Part shown: positions 1-9,401 of the stretch, piece by piece
Layout: the number at the start of each line of letters is the position of its first letter
Numbering within the stretch: the first letter of the stretch is position 1
Assembly (NCBI GenBank): GCA_963801165.1
Contig: CAWDDT010000013.1
Span: 224,001 to 288,000, forward strand
From: an uncultured bacterium
GTDB taxonomy: Bacteria; Actinomycetota; Acidimicrobiia; Spongiisociales; UBA5794
Reading direction: 5' to 3'
Length of the DNA: 64,000 nucleotides
Program-made: the position numbers and the translations under genes
The notes under the pieces: generated by a model
The model's input: only the letters and a program-made list of their open reading frames with translations
Databases searched by the model: none
What the model was told of the DNA's origin: nothing

Positions 1-743
1 ACGAAGGTGCCATCGGAGTCGGCCGGCCGCTCCGGCACGGTCGGCTTGCTCAGCTCGAGGGCTCGGGCGAGGAACGTGGCCATCTGCTCTCGGGTCACCA
101 CGTCGTCGGGGCAGAAGCTGTCGTTAGCCGGCGGGTTGCAGCCCAGGGTGACCCCGGCTGCGGCCAGCTTGCCGATGGCGGGCTCGAACACTGAGCCATC
201 GTCGTCGACGAAGATGTTGCCGTCACCGCCCTCGGTGTACCCCATGGCCCGCACCAGGAAGGCCGCCATCTGACCCCTGGTCACGTATTCGTGCGGGCAG
301 AAATGGTCGTTGGTGGGTGGGTTACAGCCCTTCGTGATCCCTGCTGTCGCAAGGATCGCGATCTGGTTCTCGAAGACGGAGCCATCGTCGTCGACAAACG
401 TGTTCCCGCCGCCGGCGTCGGTGAGCCCCAGCGCCCTCACGAGGAACGCAGCCATCTGCTCCCGGGTGACCGGCTGGGTCGGGCAGTATGCCGTCGAATA
501 GGGTGGGTTACAGCCGAGCGTGACCCCGGCTGCCGCAATCGCCTCGATGGACGACTCGTGGACGCTGCCGTCGTCGTCGAAGAAGCGGCCCCCTGGTGGA
601 GTTGTGGCAGCAGCCGTAGCGTCCGGGCCGGTGCTGGCTCCTGCTCGGTCCGGGACCGCCACCATGATCGCCATGAACATCAGGAACGCTGCCAGTATGA
701 CCCCGTGCCTCGTCCCGCCCACGCGGTGGTGTATGGATACCAC
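1..743 (-). CDS. Secreted protein with three N-terminal SLH-like repeats (3' end runs off the window; not in ORF track)
   Basis: Manual translation from GTG at 743 with GGGGAG RBS: hydrophobic signal (VILAAFLMFMAIMVAV), then three repeats of the type FxDDDGSxxE..GCNPP..(F/Y)CP..VTRxQMAxFL. Confidence 0.85.
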   Translation of the reverse strand, partial: MVSIHHRVGGTRHGVILAAFLMFMAIMVAVPDRAGASTGPDATAAATTPPGGRFFDDDGSVHESSIEAIAAAGVTLGCNPPYSTAYCPTQPVTREQMAAFLVRALGLTDAGGGNTFVDDDGSVFENQIAILATAGITKGCNPPTNDHFCPHEYVTRGQMAAFLVRAMGYTEGGDGNIFVDDDGSVFEPAIGKLAAAGVTLGCNPPANDSFCPDDVVTREQMATFLARALELSKPTVPERPADSDGTF

Positions 744-842
744 GACTCCCCCTATCGGGTCGACATACTCTTCTAGGCAGCACCCTAAAGGAGCAGCGTC
801 GCACTGCACGATCCGCGATGGCTCACTATTGGGTAATCGGGC

Positions 843-1730
843 TCATCGCCCGTTCTGGCTGAAGTGCATGTAGTCCTTGAGCGTGTTCCAGTCGCCGCCC
901 CACCCCCAGCCGATGTCGGCGAAGGCCGCAACAACGACGTCGCCGTCGTGGATCATCCCGGGCAACTCCTGGTCACGATCCAGGTAGCTCATCGCCAGCT
1001 CCGGGATGATCAAATCGCCCTTCTCGTAGGGATTGTGGAAAGGGTCGATGTCGATCGCCAGCCCGTAGGCATGCATCGACCAGTTGTCTGTGCCCACTGC
1101 GGGCCGGCACCCGAATGATCCGGTGTTGTTGCCGTCACCGGTGGGAGGGGCGTCGAGCTCTTCCTGGGTGGTCACCTTCATCCCCTCGATCGGGAACCGG
1201 GCGGCGTGTAGCTTCTCGAAGACACCGACGATGTCGTCTGCAACCGAGGCATTGACGATGGTCTCCCCGGTGTGGAACTTGCCGTCGAAGCCATAGAAAG
1301 AAACGTTGATGTAGGCGAGCTCGTCCCTGGTTACCGGGCAGTCCTCGGTCCAGGTGGAGCGGGCGATAACGTCATCCGGCACAGGCTCGATCGTCGATAC
1401 GAACTGGTCGTCGGGTGGGGGTGACAGCAGGTCGATGGTCTCCAGCTGTCGATTCTGCAGCTCCAGCGGTGTGGGCTGGGCTATGCCGTTCTCACCGTCG
1501 GGACCGAGTGGAAGCACCCTGGTGCCGAGCCATGCCGGGCGGGCGAATGGGGAGACAGTTGTCGTGGTCGGCGGGACCGTGGTCGTGCTGGCGGGCAGAG
1601 TCGTGGTCGTCGTGGTCGTCGTCGTAGCGGTAGTCGCGACCGTCGATGGCGTGTCGGGAGCGGCCCCGGCTGCCGAGCAGCCGGCTAGCGCCAGGGCGAA
1701 GATGACAATAGACCTGCGTCGAGCAATCAC
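843..1730 (-). CDS. M15-family metallopeptidase lipoprotein (D-Ala-D-Ala peptidase-like)
   Basis: Lipobox LAGC, Thr-rich linker, SMHAYGLAIDIDP, WGGDW and DYMHF motifs; start chosen at GTG 1730. Confidence 0.85.
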   Translation of the reverse strand: MIARRRSIVIFALALAGCSAAGAAPDTPSTVATTATTTTTTTTTLPASTTTVPPTTTTVSPFARPAWLGTRVLPLGPDGENGIAQPTPLELQNRQLETIDLLSPPPDDQFVSTIEPVPDDVIARSTWTEDCPVTRDELAYINVSFYGFDGKFHTGETIVNASVADDIVGVFEKLHAARFPIEGMKVTTQEELDAPPTGDGNNTGSFGCRPAVGTDNWSMHAYGLAIDIDPFHNPYEKGDLIIPELAMSYLDRDQELPGMIHDGDVVVAAFADIGWGWGGDWNTLKDYMHFSQNGR

Positions 1731-1826
1731 GTCCGCCGAGCGTACCCCAGGAACCCGATTACACAGCGCGCTTTCGCAGCTCACCCCACCGGACGGTGCG
1801 GTGGAACGCCGGCAGGTTCCCGTAGC

Positions 1827-3213
1827 ATGCGGGCCATGACAAGCATCACCTTTCTGGGCGGAGCAGACACCGTCACCGGGTCACGTTTCCTCGTTCGATC
1901 AAACGGCAACAGCACCCTCATCGACTGCGGCATGTTCCAGGGCGGGCGTGGCCTTCGCCAGCTCAACTGGGACGATCCCTTCGATGATGTGGGTCTCCCC
2001 GAGAGCGTGCTCATCACCCACGCTCACATCGACCACACCGGATACCTCCCCCGGCTGGTCGGCACCCACCGGTACGACGGGCCGATTCTGGCGACCACGG
2101 CGACGACAGACTTGCTCAGCGTCATGTTGCCCGATTCCGGCCGGATCAACGAGGAGGATGCCGAGTACGCCAACAAGAAGGGATACAGTCGTCACCACCC
2201 CGCGCTGCCGCTCTATACCGAGGCTGATGCGCTCGCGTCGTTGCCGCTGATGCAAGGCGTCGGCTACCACGACTGGCTCGATGTGCCGGTCGGCCGCGCC
2301 CGGTTCTCGTTTGCCGGGCACATCCTCGGCTCGGCTCACATCACCCTCGAGACCGACGGACACCGGATCACTTTCTCGGGTGACGTGGGCAGGTGGGACA
2401 TCCCGGTGCTGCGCGACCCGGAGCCGCCGCGGGATGCCGATCTTCTGCTGATCGAGAGCACCTACGGTGGGCGATCGCACCAGGACCCTTCGGCCGACGC
2501 CAACGAGATGATGGCGCGCTTGTTCGACAAGATCACAGGCACCGATGGGGTGCTGGTAATCCCAGCGTTCTCGATTGGACGCACCCAGGAGATCCTCTAT
2601 CGCATCCGCGAGCTCGAGGAGTCGGGGCGGATCCCGTCCGTCCCGGTGTATCTAGACAGCCCTCTTGCCATCGACGCGACCGAGATGTACGCCCGCCATC
2701 ACGAGGAGCACGACCTCGAGATGAAAGCACTCGAGCAGTCGGGCTCGAGCCCGTTGCGACCCCGGCAGCTGCAATTCACCCACAGCGTCGAGGAGTCGAA
2801 ACGGCTCAACTCACTGCGCGGGCCCATGGTGATCATCTCGGCTTCGGGGATGGCGACGGCGGGTCGGGTTCCCCATCATCTCAAGCGCCGGCTGCCGTAC
2901 CCCGAGAACGTGGTCGCCTTCGTGGGCTACCAGGCGGAAGGAACCCCGGGGCGCAAGCTGCTCGACGGCGCAGACAGGATCCGCATCCACGGCGACGACA
3001 TCCAGGTACGAGCCGGGGTGACCCGGCTCGAGGCCTACAGCGCCCACGCCGACGAGGACGAGCTCGTGCGATGGGTTGCCGAGGCGAAGCCGAAGCAGGT
3101 GGTGTCTGATCCACGGCGAGGACGCAGGGCGGAACGCCCTGGCGAAACGCTTCCGGGAGGAATTCGGTCTCGAAGCACACCTGCCAAAACGGGGTGACAT
3201 TCTCGAAGTTTGA
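1827..3213 (+). CDS. MBL-fold beta-CASP ribonuclease (YSH1-like); +1 frameshift near 3105
   Basis: THAHIDH, AGHILGS, SGDVG, ESTYG, SASGM and SAHAD motifs; removing one base at ~3105 restores LIHGE and a stop at 3211-3213. Confidence 0.9.
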
Positions 3214-3276
3214 GATTCGCGGGAACTAACAGTGAGATAGTGTACGTTTCATCAACGTACTGCGACACAACGTCTC

Positions 3277-4431
3277 ATGGAGGGGGTCGTCCCGATGGTC
3301 ACAAGCCGGTTTGCGTTGGTTGCCTGCAGCGCATTTCTGTTGGTCGCCTGTGGGCCCGTGAGCGACGCTGACGTCGCCGACCAGAAGCCGACATCCACCG
3401 TCACCCCGACACCCGACGTGGTAACGACGATAACGACATCAACGACAACTGCGGCACCGACAACCACCACGAGAACCTATGTGATGCCCGACGTGCATCT
3501 CACCATCGATCCGGATTCCGGAGCGCCGGGTGACCCACTCGAGGTGTGCTACCCGGGAAATGCCTCCACGTATCGGGTAGTGATGTGTGCCTCGTCGGGC
3601 TGGGATTGCTGGCCGAGCTACGTCGACGCGTTCGTCACGACACACGAGTCGGGCCGCTGGTGCTGGACCGGATCGATCCCCTCATTCCTCGAGAGCACGG
3701 AACCGACGACGATGGGTGATCTACACCCGATAACCAGCGGTACGTATCAGATACTTATCGGGACCTTTGGCGTGGATCTCGCCCAGGGTGAGATCGAAGT
3801 GGTCGTTCCCGGCACTGGTGTCTCGGCGCCACCCAGCCAGACAGAAGCTGACGCCGTCAGGGATGGTGTCCTACCCGAACTTGCCGCTCAGCCGGCGGCG
3901 CTCCGGGTATGGCCGATGCTCGACATGACCACGGACCAGGGCGACTGGATGCTGGCGCGGCCCACTGACGACCTGATCGATCGCACGATGGCTGACGGAT
4001 GCGATCTCGGCGACCCCGGGGGCACGTATCCGATCGACGTCATCTGCACGGCGGAGTACGGCGAGGTCCTCCTCGTGCAGGGAACCGAGATCGTCCGTGC
4101 CTACCCGATGCCGGGAGCGGTTCCCTCATGGCTTCTCGTCACCACCGACTATGTATATGCGGGGCACATCGGTGACGGGGGGCTGCCGGACTCGACGCTC
4201 GTCCGCATCGACCGCACCACGCTCGAGGCAACGGTCGTGCTGATCCCGGCTGCATTCGACGGCGGAGACCAGTGGCTCCCGTCGTGGCATATCGCATCTC
4301 CAGAGCAGACCGCCCGCTACGACGAGTTGGTCCAGATCGGGCCGGACGCTGTGGGCCGAGAGGCGATGAGCTACATCGGAGAAGTCAAGGTGGATGTCGC
4401 CGGGATCGACTTGCTGATGGCGGACCTCTGA
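3277..4431 (+). CDS. Hypothetical lipoprotein
   Basis: LLVAC lipobox, Thr-rich linker, 384-aa ORF; family not recognised. Confidence 0.7.
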   Translation: MEGVVPMVTSRFALVACSAFLLVACGPVSDADVADQKPTSTVTPTPDVVTTITTSTTTAAPTTTTRTYVMPDVHLTIDPDSGAPGDPLEVCYPGNASTYRVVMCASSGWDCWPSYVDAFVTTHESGRWCWTGSIPSFLESTEPTTMGDLHPITSGTYQILIGTFGVDLAQGEIEVVVPGTGVSAPPSQTEADAVRDGVLPELAAQPAALRVWPMLDMTTDQGDWMLARPTDDLIDRTMADGCDLGDPGGTYPIDVICTAEYGEVLLVQGTEIVRAYPMPGAVPSWLLVTTDYVYAGHIGDGGLPDSTLVRIDRTTLEATVVLIPAAFDGGDQWLPSWHIASPEQTARYDELVQIGPDAVGREAMSYIGEVKVDVAGIDLLMADL

Positions 4432-4470
4432 GTGCGGTGTGCCGGGATGAAGCGGTGATCCCCACATTTC

Positions 4471-4713
4471 CCTGAATCCACGGTTTCTCATCCCCTCATC
4501 GCCTTCGCTTTGCCAACGTCAGCGACGCCACTTCTCCCGTAGGGAGAAGGACTTCATCCTCCCTCTGGGAGGATCGACCGGCCCGCAGGGCCAGGTCGAG
4601 GAGGGCCTTGCGAATCGGTCCAGATTCACAGAAAGAGCGCAATCCGGATCGCTCTGAAAGCTGATGAAATCGACCTCTTCGTCACCCCTACGCCCACATC
4701 CCGCGGATTCAGG
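4471..4713. mobile_element. Putative MITE, copy A
   Basis: 13-bp terminal inverted repeats (cctgaatccacgg / ccgcggattcagg, 1 mismatch), flanking 5-bp direct repeat atttc, second copy at 21776-21993. Confidence 0.65.
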
Positions 4714-5100
4714 ATTTCGGGCGGATCGGCCGGGCGTAGCCCGGACGGGGGGAAGGAATTCGCGGCGCTAGCCGCCTGGTGGTGGCTCCTTCTGTGGGTT
4801 AGAGCAAGCAGCAATCCCCCCATTTCGGGCGGATCGGCCGGGCGTAGCCCGGACGGGGGGAAAGAACTCGCGGCGCTAGCCGCCTGGTGGTGGCTCCTTC
4901 TGTGGGCTAGGGCAAGCAGCAATCCCCCCATTTCGGGCGGATCGGCCGGGCGTAGCCCGGACGGGGGGAAAGAACTCGCGGCGCTAGCCGCCTGGTGGTG
5001 GCTCCTTCTGTGGGCTAGGGCAAGCAGCAATCCCCCCATTTCGGGGGGATCGGACGGCCTCCTGGGCCGTCCGAGGGGGAAGGACTCGCGGCGCTCGCCG
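4714..5100. repeat. 108-bp tandem repeat (3 full units plus 1 diverged partial), REP-like hairpins
   Basis: Units start at 4714, 4822, 4930, 5038; full units carry ccgggc-gta-gcccgg and gcggc-gcta-gccgc stems. Confidence 0.9.
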
Positions 5101-5200
5101 TTAATGCTCACCCCCTCAGGGAGGGCCAGTCTCATCGTTTTCTCACCTAAGCCTCAACATCCTCTAATCGGCCGGGGGGACAGTGGAAAGTGAAAGAAGG

Positions 5201-5755
5201 ATGTGGAACATGACAACCACGATTCCAATAACCGATTCCGCTTCCACGACCGCCCCGCCCGATGTGCTTGCCATCGCAGTTTCCGACCGGTTGCTCGGCC
5301 AGGAGATGCTGTTGGCGGCCACCCGGCTCGGGATGCACGGGTCCGTCGAGCTGTCCGACGCGGCGCTCGTCGGCCACAACCGTAAGGGAAAACCGCAGAT
5401 CACCCAGACCCGGGAGACTCCCCCATCGATGGGGGCGATGATCGGTGCCTGGTGGGGCAGCCTCCTCGGCCTGGTCGTGTTCGGCATGGTCGGCTGGCTG
5501 GTCGGCGCGATCGTCGGCGCCGGAATCGGCTGGCTGCGAGCAAGACGCAGAGACATCGGAGTCCCCGATGACTGGATGCGTAGCCTCGCCGACCGCCTCT
5601 ACCCGGGTGAGATCGCTGCCGTCTTCGAGATGCGCAATGTCTACCCGACCCATCTGATCCGCGAGCTGCGCCGCTTCGACGGCCGGCTCCTTACCGACAC
5701 AGTTAGAGACAGCGACAGAATCGACATCGAGGACGCCCTCGCCTACACCATCTGA
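5201..5755 (+). CDS. DUF1269-like membrane protein
   Basis: DAALV..GK motif followed by a Gly-rich hydrophobic hairpin (GAMIGAWWGSLLG...GAIVGAGIG); start uncertain (5183/5201/5210). Confidence 0.7.
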   Translation: MWNMTTTIPITDSASTTAPPDVLAIAVSDRLLGQEMLLAATRLGMHGSVELSDAALVGHNRKGKPQITQTRETPPSMGAMIGAWWGSLLGLVVFGMVGWLVGAIVGAGIGWLRARRRDIGVPDDWMRSLADRLYPGEIAAVFEMRNVYPTHLIRELRRFDGRLLTDTVRDSDRIDIEDALAYTI

Positions 5756-5909
5756 GTCCCCGGACGGGCATTGCCTCCGCCCGTCACCCACCGTGTCCGC
5801 CGGGGTCACCAAAAACCACACGTATTGGTGACCCCGGCGGGCTCGCACAGCACCGCAGAGCCCCAACCTCTCTTACCGACGCAGCTAACGTCGCCGGGTG
5901 AATCACAGC

Positions 5910-6554
5910 ATGAGCCTCAGTCGGCGTCGTCTCATTGGCGGCTTCTTCCTACTGTTGCTCCCGTTGACCAAGTGGCTCCAGGTCAGCGTCGTCGACCAGT
6001 GGCATAGCGTCGATATCGTCCGGCAAGTCTTCCTCTGCGTTGTGCTCGCTATCGGGGTACGTCTGCTCTACGGGAGCTGGGACCGGGCACTCCCCTGGCA
6101 CACCGAGCTGCGACCTCGGGCACGGTTGTGGACTCTTGGCCCTGCCCTTCTAGTTGCGGCGGCAATCATCGCCCTGGGTCTGATCATCGGCTTCGGCAAC
6201 TACATGGGCGGCGGACAACGGCTCATCTTCGGCGGAACGGCGGGCCGGGTGCTGTTCACCATCATCGTCATCGGGTTCGGGGAGGAATACCTGTTCCGTG
6301 GTCTCCTCTACGCCATCGCCGAGAAAACCGGGTTAGATGGCGGCCGGTTCTGGTTGCTCAGCGTGTCGTTTGCCGCATGGCATATCCCCGACGCGCTGCC
6401 CGACGGCCTGTTCTTCGTTGTCGGGACCATGGCGGCCATGTTTGCGGTTAGCTACCTCGTGCTCTACCCGCTGCGACGGGCCTCGGGCAATATCCTCGCG
6501 CCGACCCTTGTTCACGCCATCAACAACGTCGGGCTCAGCTTCATCGCTTTCTGA
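5910..6554 (+). CDS. CPBP (CAAX/Abi) intramembrane glutamic protease
   Basis: EEYLFRG, FAAWH and HAINN motifs; multiple TM segments. Confidence 0.9.
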   Translation: MSLSRRRLIGGFFLLLLPLTKWLQVSVVDQWHSVDIVRQVFLCVVLAIGVRLLYGSWDRALPWHTELRPRARLWTLGPALLVAAAIIALGLIIGFGNYMGGGQRLIFGGTAGRVLFTIIVIGFGEEYLFRGLLYAIAEKTGLDGGRFWLLSVSFAAWHIPDALPDGLFFVVGTMAAMFAVSYLVLYPLRRASGNILAPTLVHAINNVGLSFIAF

Positions 6555-6556
6555 AG

Positions 6557-7225
6557 TCAGTCACGCGTCGCGGGCCGCCCGGCGAAGATCCCGCGTTTGA
6601 GTCGGCGAAGATGCGTGGCGTGGTCTGGGAATCGGACCGGGTTGTTACGTCGAATGAGCAGAACGACGAGGAGCGGCAAGACGATCGCCGCCGCGACCCA
6701 GAACGCGGTTGCAGGCACCGTGGCCATGATCCGGTCGCCGACCGACTGCTGCACGGTCGTGACCACGACGGCGATGGCGAGAATCGACAGCGCCGCTCGC
6801 CCACCGGTCAGCGCCTGCCAGGTCCTCCCATCCAGCCGTCGAGTGGCAAAGTAGCCGAACGCGAGGGTCGCCACCATGAAAATCTCAACCCATAAGACAC
6901 CACCGGCTCGGACCGGGATCCGCCCGTCTTCCCACCCTTGCATGACCGCGTCGATCGCGACGACTGCGATCCCCGCCGTCGGGATCGCCAGCACCCACAT
7001 CAACCACAGCGGCGGTACCCAACCGGGACGGCGGACACCAGGGCGGCGAGCAAGCTCAGCGGCCAGGTCGTGGGGGGTTCCGAGCTCCTCGACCGGATCG
7101 GCGCCTGTCTCGGCGAGATGGCTGTCGATCTCCGCAACAAACTCCCCGGCGCGACGCCCTTCGACCCCCTCCATCTGGAGTGCCCTGGTGAGTTGGGCGA
7201 GATAGGTCCAGGCTGCGTCGTTCAT
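6557..7225 (-). CDS. PadR-associated membrane protein
   Basis: N-terminal YL..L...EIDSHL...ELGTP soluble domain then ~4 TM helices; overlaps the padR stop (ATGA). Confidence 0.75.
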   Translation of the reverse strand: MNDAAWTYLAQLTRALQMEGVEGRRAGEFVAEIDSHLAETGADPVEELGTPHDLAAELARRPGVRRPGWVPPLWLMWVLAIPTAGIAVVAIDAVMQGWEDGRIPVRAGGVLWVEIFMVATLAFGYFATRRLDGRTWQALTGGRAALSILAIAVVVTTVQQSVGDRIMATVPATAFWVAAAIVLPLLVVLLIRRNNPVRFPDHATHLRRLKRGIFAGRPATRD

Positions 7226-7590
7226 TCGTCCTCCCCGGCAACGGACGCGAGCGACTGAGCCACCGCGGCGACGAATTCGGCCCAGAAGGATGCGGCCTCG
7301 CGGAGCGCAGTCGCTCCCGTTTCGGTGATCCGGTAGTACTTGCGGTCGGGACCCAGGTCGCTTGGCTGCCAGCGGGTCGCCAGCAGGGCGTCACGCTCGA
7401 GCCGGTTCAACAGTGGGTACAACGTTCCACCTTTGATCTCACCGAGACCGTCGGATTCGAGCCCTTTTGCGACCTCGTACCCATACGCCTCGCCCCGTGA
7501 GAGCCGTGCGAGGACGCAAAGATCGAGAACTCCTTTGAGCCACTGGCCGCGGCGCTGCTCGACGGTGGTGATGGTTGGCTGTTTCTTCAC
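7222..7590 (-). CDS. PadR-family transcriptional regulator
   Basis: LKGVLDLCVL, YGYE, GTLYPLLNRLE and RKYYRIT motifs. Confidence 0.95.
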   Translation of the reverse strand: MKKQPTITTVEQRRGQWLKGVLDLCVLARLSRGEAYGYEVAKGLESDGLGEIKGGTLYPLLNRLERDALLATRWQPSDLGPDRKYYRITETGATALREAASFWAEFVAAVAQSLASVAGEDE

Positions 7591-7634
7591 TATGTAGTGA
7601 TTCTATCTACCACTAGGTGGTTTGTCTACATAGT
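7589..7634. promoter_or_regulatory. Probable PadR autoregulatory operator
   Basis: Inverted repeat actatgtag...ctacatagt abutting the padR start, with an internal accac-tag-gtggt palindrome. Confidence 0.55.
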
Positions 7635-7684
7635 CTCGAGAGGCTCGCTGTGGTGGCGGGGCTGAAACGGTCCCGGCGGCTCAA

Positions 7685-8260
7685 TCAGCGCGGGATGGTG
7701 GTGCGCTTGAACTCGTTGAGGTCGGTCCAGGTGAGCAGATCGAGGGCGCGTTCCAGGTCGGCAACGTCTCCCCGCTTCATGAAACGGATAAAGGTGGCGT
7801 GGTCGTCGACAATGAATGTCGGCACACCAAACACCTCCCAACCGGCGACGCATTCCATGTGCTCGTCGGCCAGGGTCTGCAGGGGCTTTCCAGTGGCGAC
7901 GACCGCGGCAACCGCTTCGACATCGGCTCCGGCCCCGGCAACCGCCTCTCGAACAACTGTCTCTTCGTTGATGTCCAAGCCGTGATCGAAACGAGCCGCA
8001 AACAACGCCCGGTGTACTGCGGGGAACAACGCGGGTAACTCGTCCCGTACCGCCAACCCCCACTGGAAGGCGAGCACACCCGACTTCCCGGCCGGGTCGT
8101 CCCAGACATCGGGCTCATCGTCCTCGGTGTGCACCTGCGAAAGCGAGAACGCCAAAAAGCGCGGCTGCCACGACTTGCCGGCGGCGATCCCGTTGAGCAC
8201 CGCCTCGTTGGCGTTGCGGGCGAATGGGCAGAGGTAGTCGAACGTGATACCGAATTCCAT
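7685..8260 (-). CDS. DsbA/thioredoxin-fold protein with a single Cys (DYLCPF)
   Basis: FDYLCPFA near the N-terminus, FGVPTF cis-Pro loop. Confidence 0.85.
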   Translation of the reverse strand: MEFGITFDYLCPFARNANEAVLNGIAAGKSWQPRFLAFSLSQVHTEDDEPDVWDDPAGKSGVLAFQWGLAVRDELPALFPAVHRALFAARFDHGLDINEETVVREAVAGAGADVEAVAAVVATGKPLQTLADEHMECVAGWEVFGVPTFIVDDHATFIRFMKRGDVADLERALDLLTWTDLNEFKRTTIPR

Positions 8261-8326
8261 CAGGGCTTTCTCCGTGTCGTCTCTTGACTGCAACGGGTTC
8301 GAGGCTCATGGGATTCCCGACCCGGG

Positions 8327-9257
8327 TCAGCTGCCATTCTGGCTGAAGTGCATCCGGTCCTTGAGCGTGTGCCAGGTCCCGCCCCATGTCCAGCCGATGT
8401 CCGTAAACGCCTGGGTGACGACATCGCCGTCGAGGATCATCCCGGGTCGCACCTGGTCGCGGTCGGTGTAGCTGCCCGCCAGCTCGGGGATGATGACGTC
8501 CCCTTTGACATAGGGGTTCTGAAACGGGTCGATGTCGACTGCCAGACCGTAGGCGTGCTGCGACCAGTAGTCCGAGCCCACGGTGGGCCGGCACACGAAC
8601 GATCCGGTGTCGTTACCGTCCCCGGTCGGCGCCGCGTCGAGGTCGTCCTGGCTGGTGACCCGCATCTCCTCTATCGGGAACTTGGCGTTGAACAGCGTGT
8701 GGAACACACTGACAATGTCGTCGGCGACCGAGGCATTGACGATCAGCTCGCCTGTGTGAACATCGCCCTCGAAGCCGTAAAAGGACACAGTGACGTAGGA
8801 GAGGTCGTCGAGCGTGACGGGGCAATCCTCCGACCAGGTGGAACGGGCCAGCACCTCGTTTGGTATCGGCCCGATGGTGGATACGAACCGGTCGTCCGGT
8901 GGTGGTGCCAGGAAGTCGATCGTTTCGAACTGGCGATTCTGCAACTCGGGAGGGGTGGGCTGCGGGATGGCGGTCTTCCCATCCGGGCCGAGCGGGAGCG
9001 GCCGGGTACCGAGCCAGGCCGGTCTGGCGAAAGGCGAAGCAGTCGTGGTCGTTATCGCTTCGGTCGTTGTGCTCTCCGGTGGCAATGTCTCCGGTGGCAC
9101 ATGTCGTCGTCGATGTCGTCGTCGATGTCGTCGTGGATGAGGCTGTGGTCGTAGAAGCCACCGTAGTGGCGGGTGTCTGAGTAGTGGGTGCGGCGTTTGC
9201 CACCCCGCACCCGCTCACGGCAATTGCTGCGACGACGGCAAGTGCTGATGGCTTCAT
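8327..9257 (-). CDS. Second M15-family metallopeptidase lipoprotein; frameshift near 9100
   Basis: Signal/lipobox MKPSALAVVAAIAVSGC in one frame; catalytic part (SQHAYGLAVDIDP, DRMHF) in another; close paralog of 843-1730. Confidence 0.85.
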
Positions 9258-9401
9258 CCGATCCAGGCTAGAGGCGATCGTGAGATACGGCGCCGGTCGA
9301 CGAGTCTCACTCCCAATGCTCGAGTATCTCGGCGATGTGGGCAAGGCGTTGGCCGATCGCCTGACGTCTCCGCTCGATTGTCGAGCCGGCGATGATGAGC
9401 C

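Noticed and set aside
4714-5100. CRISPR array
   Set aside because: Units are near-identical along their whole 108 bp; no unique spacers and no cas genes.
4626-5135. 169-aa repeat protein
   Set aside because: Frame is open only because the period is a multiple of 3; it overlaps non-coding repeats whose relatives have other periods.
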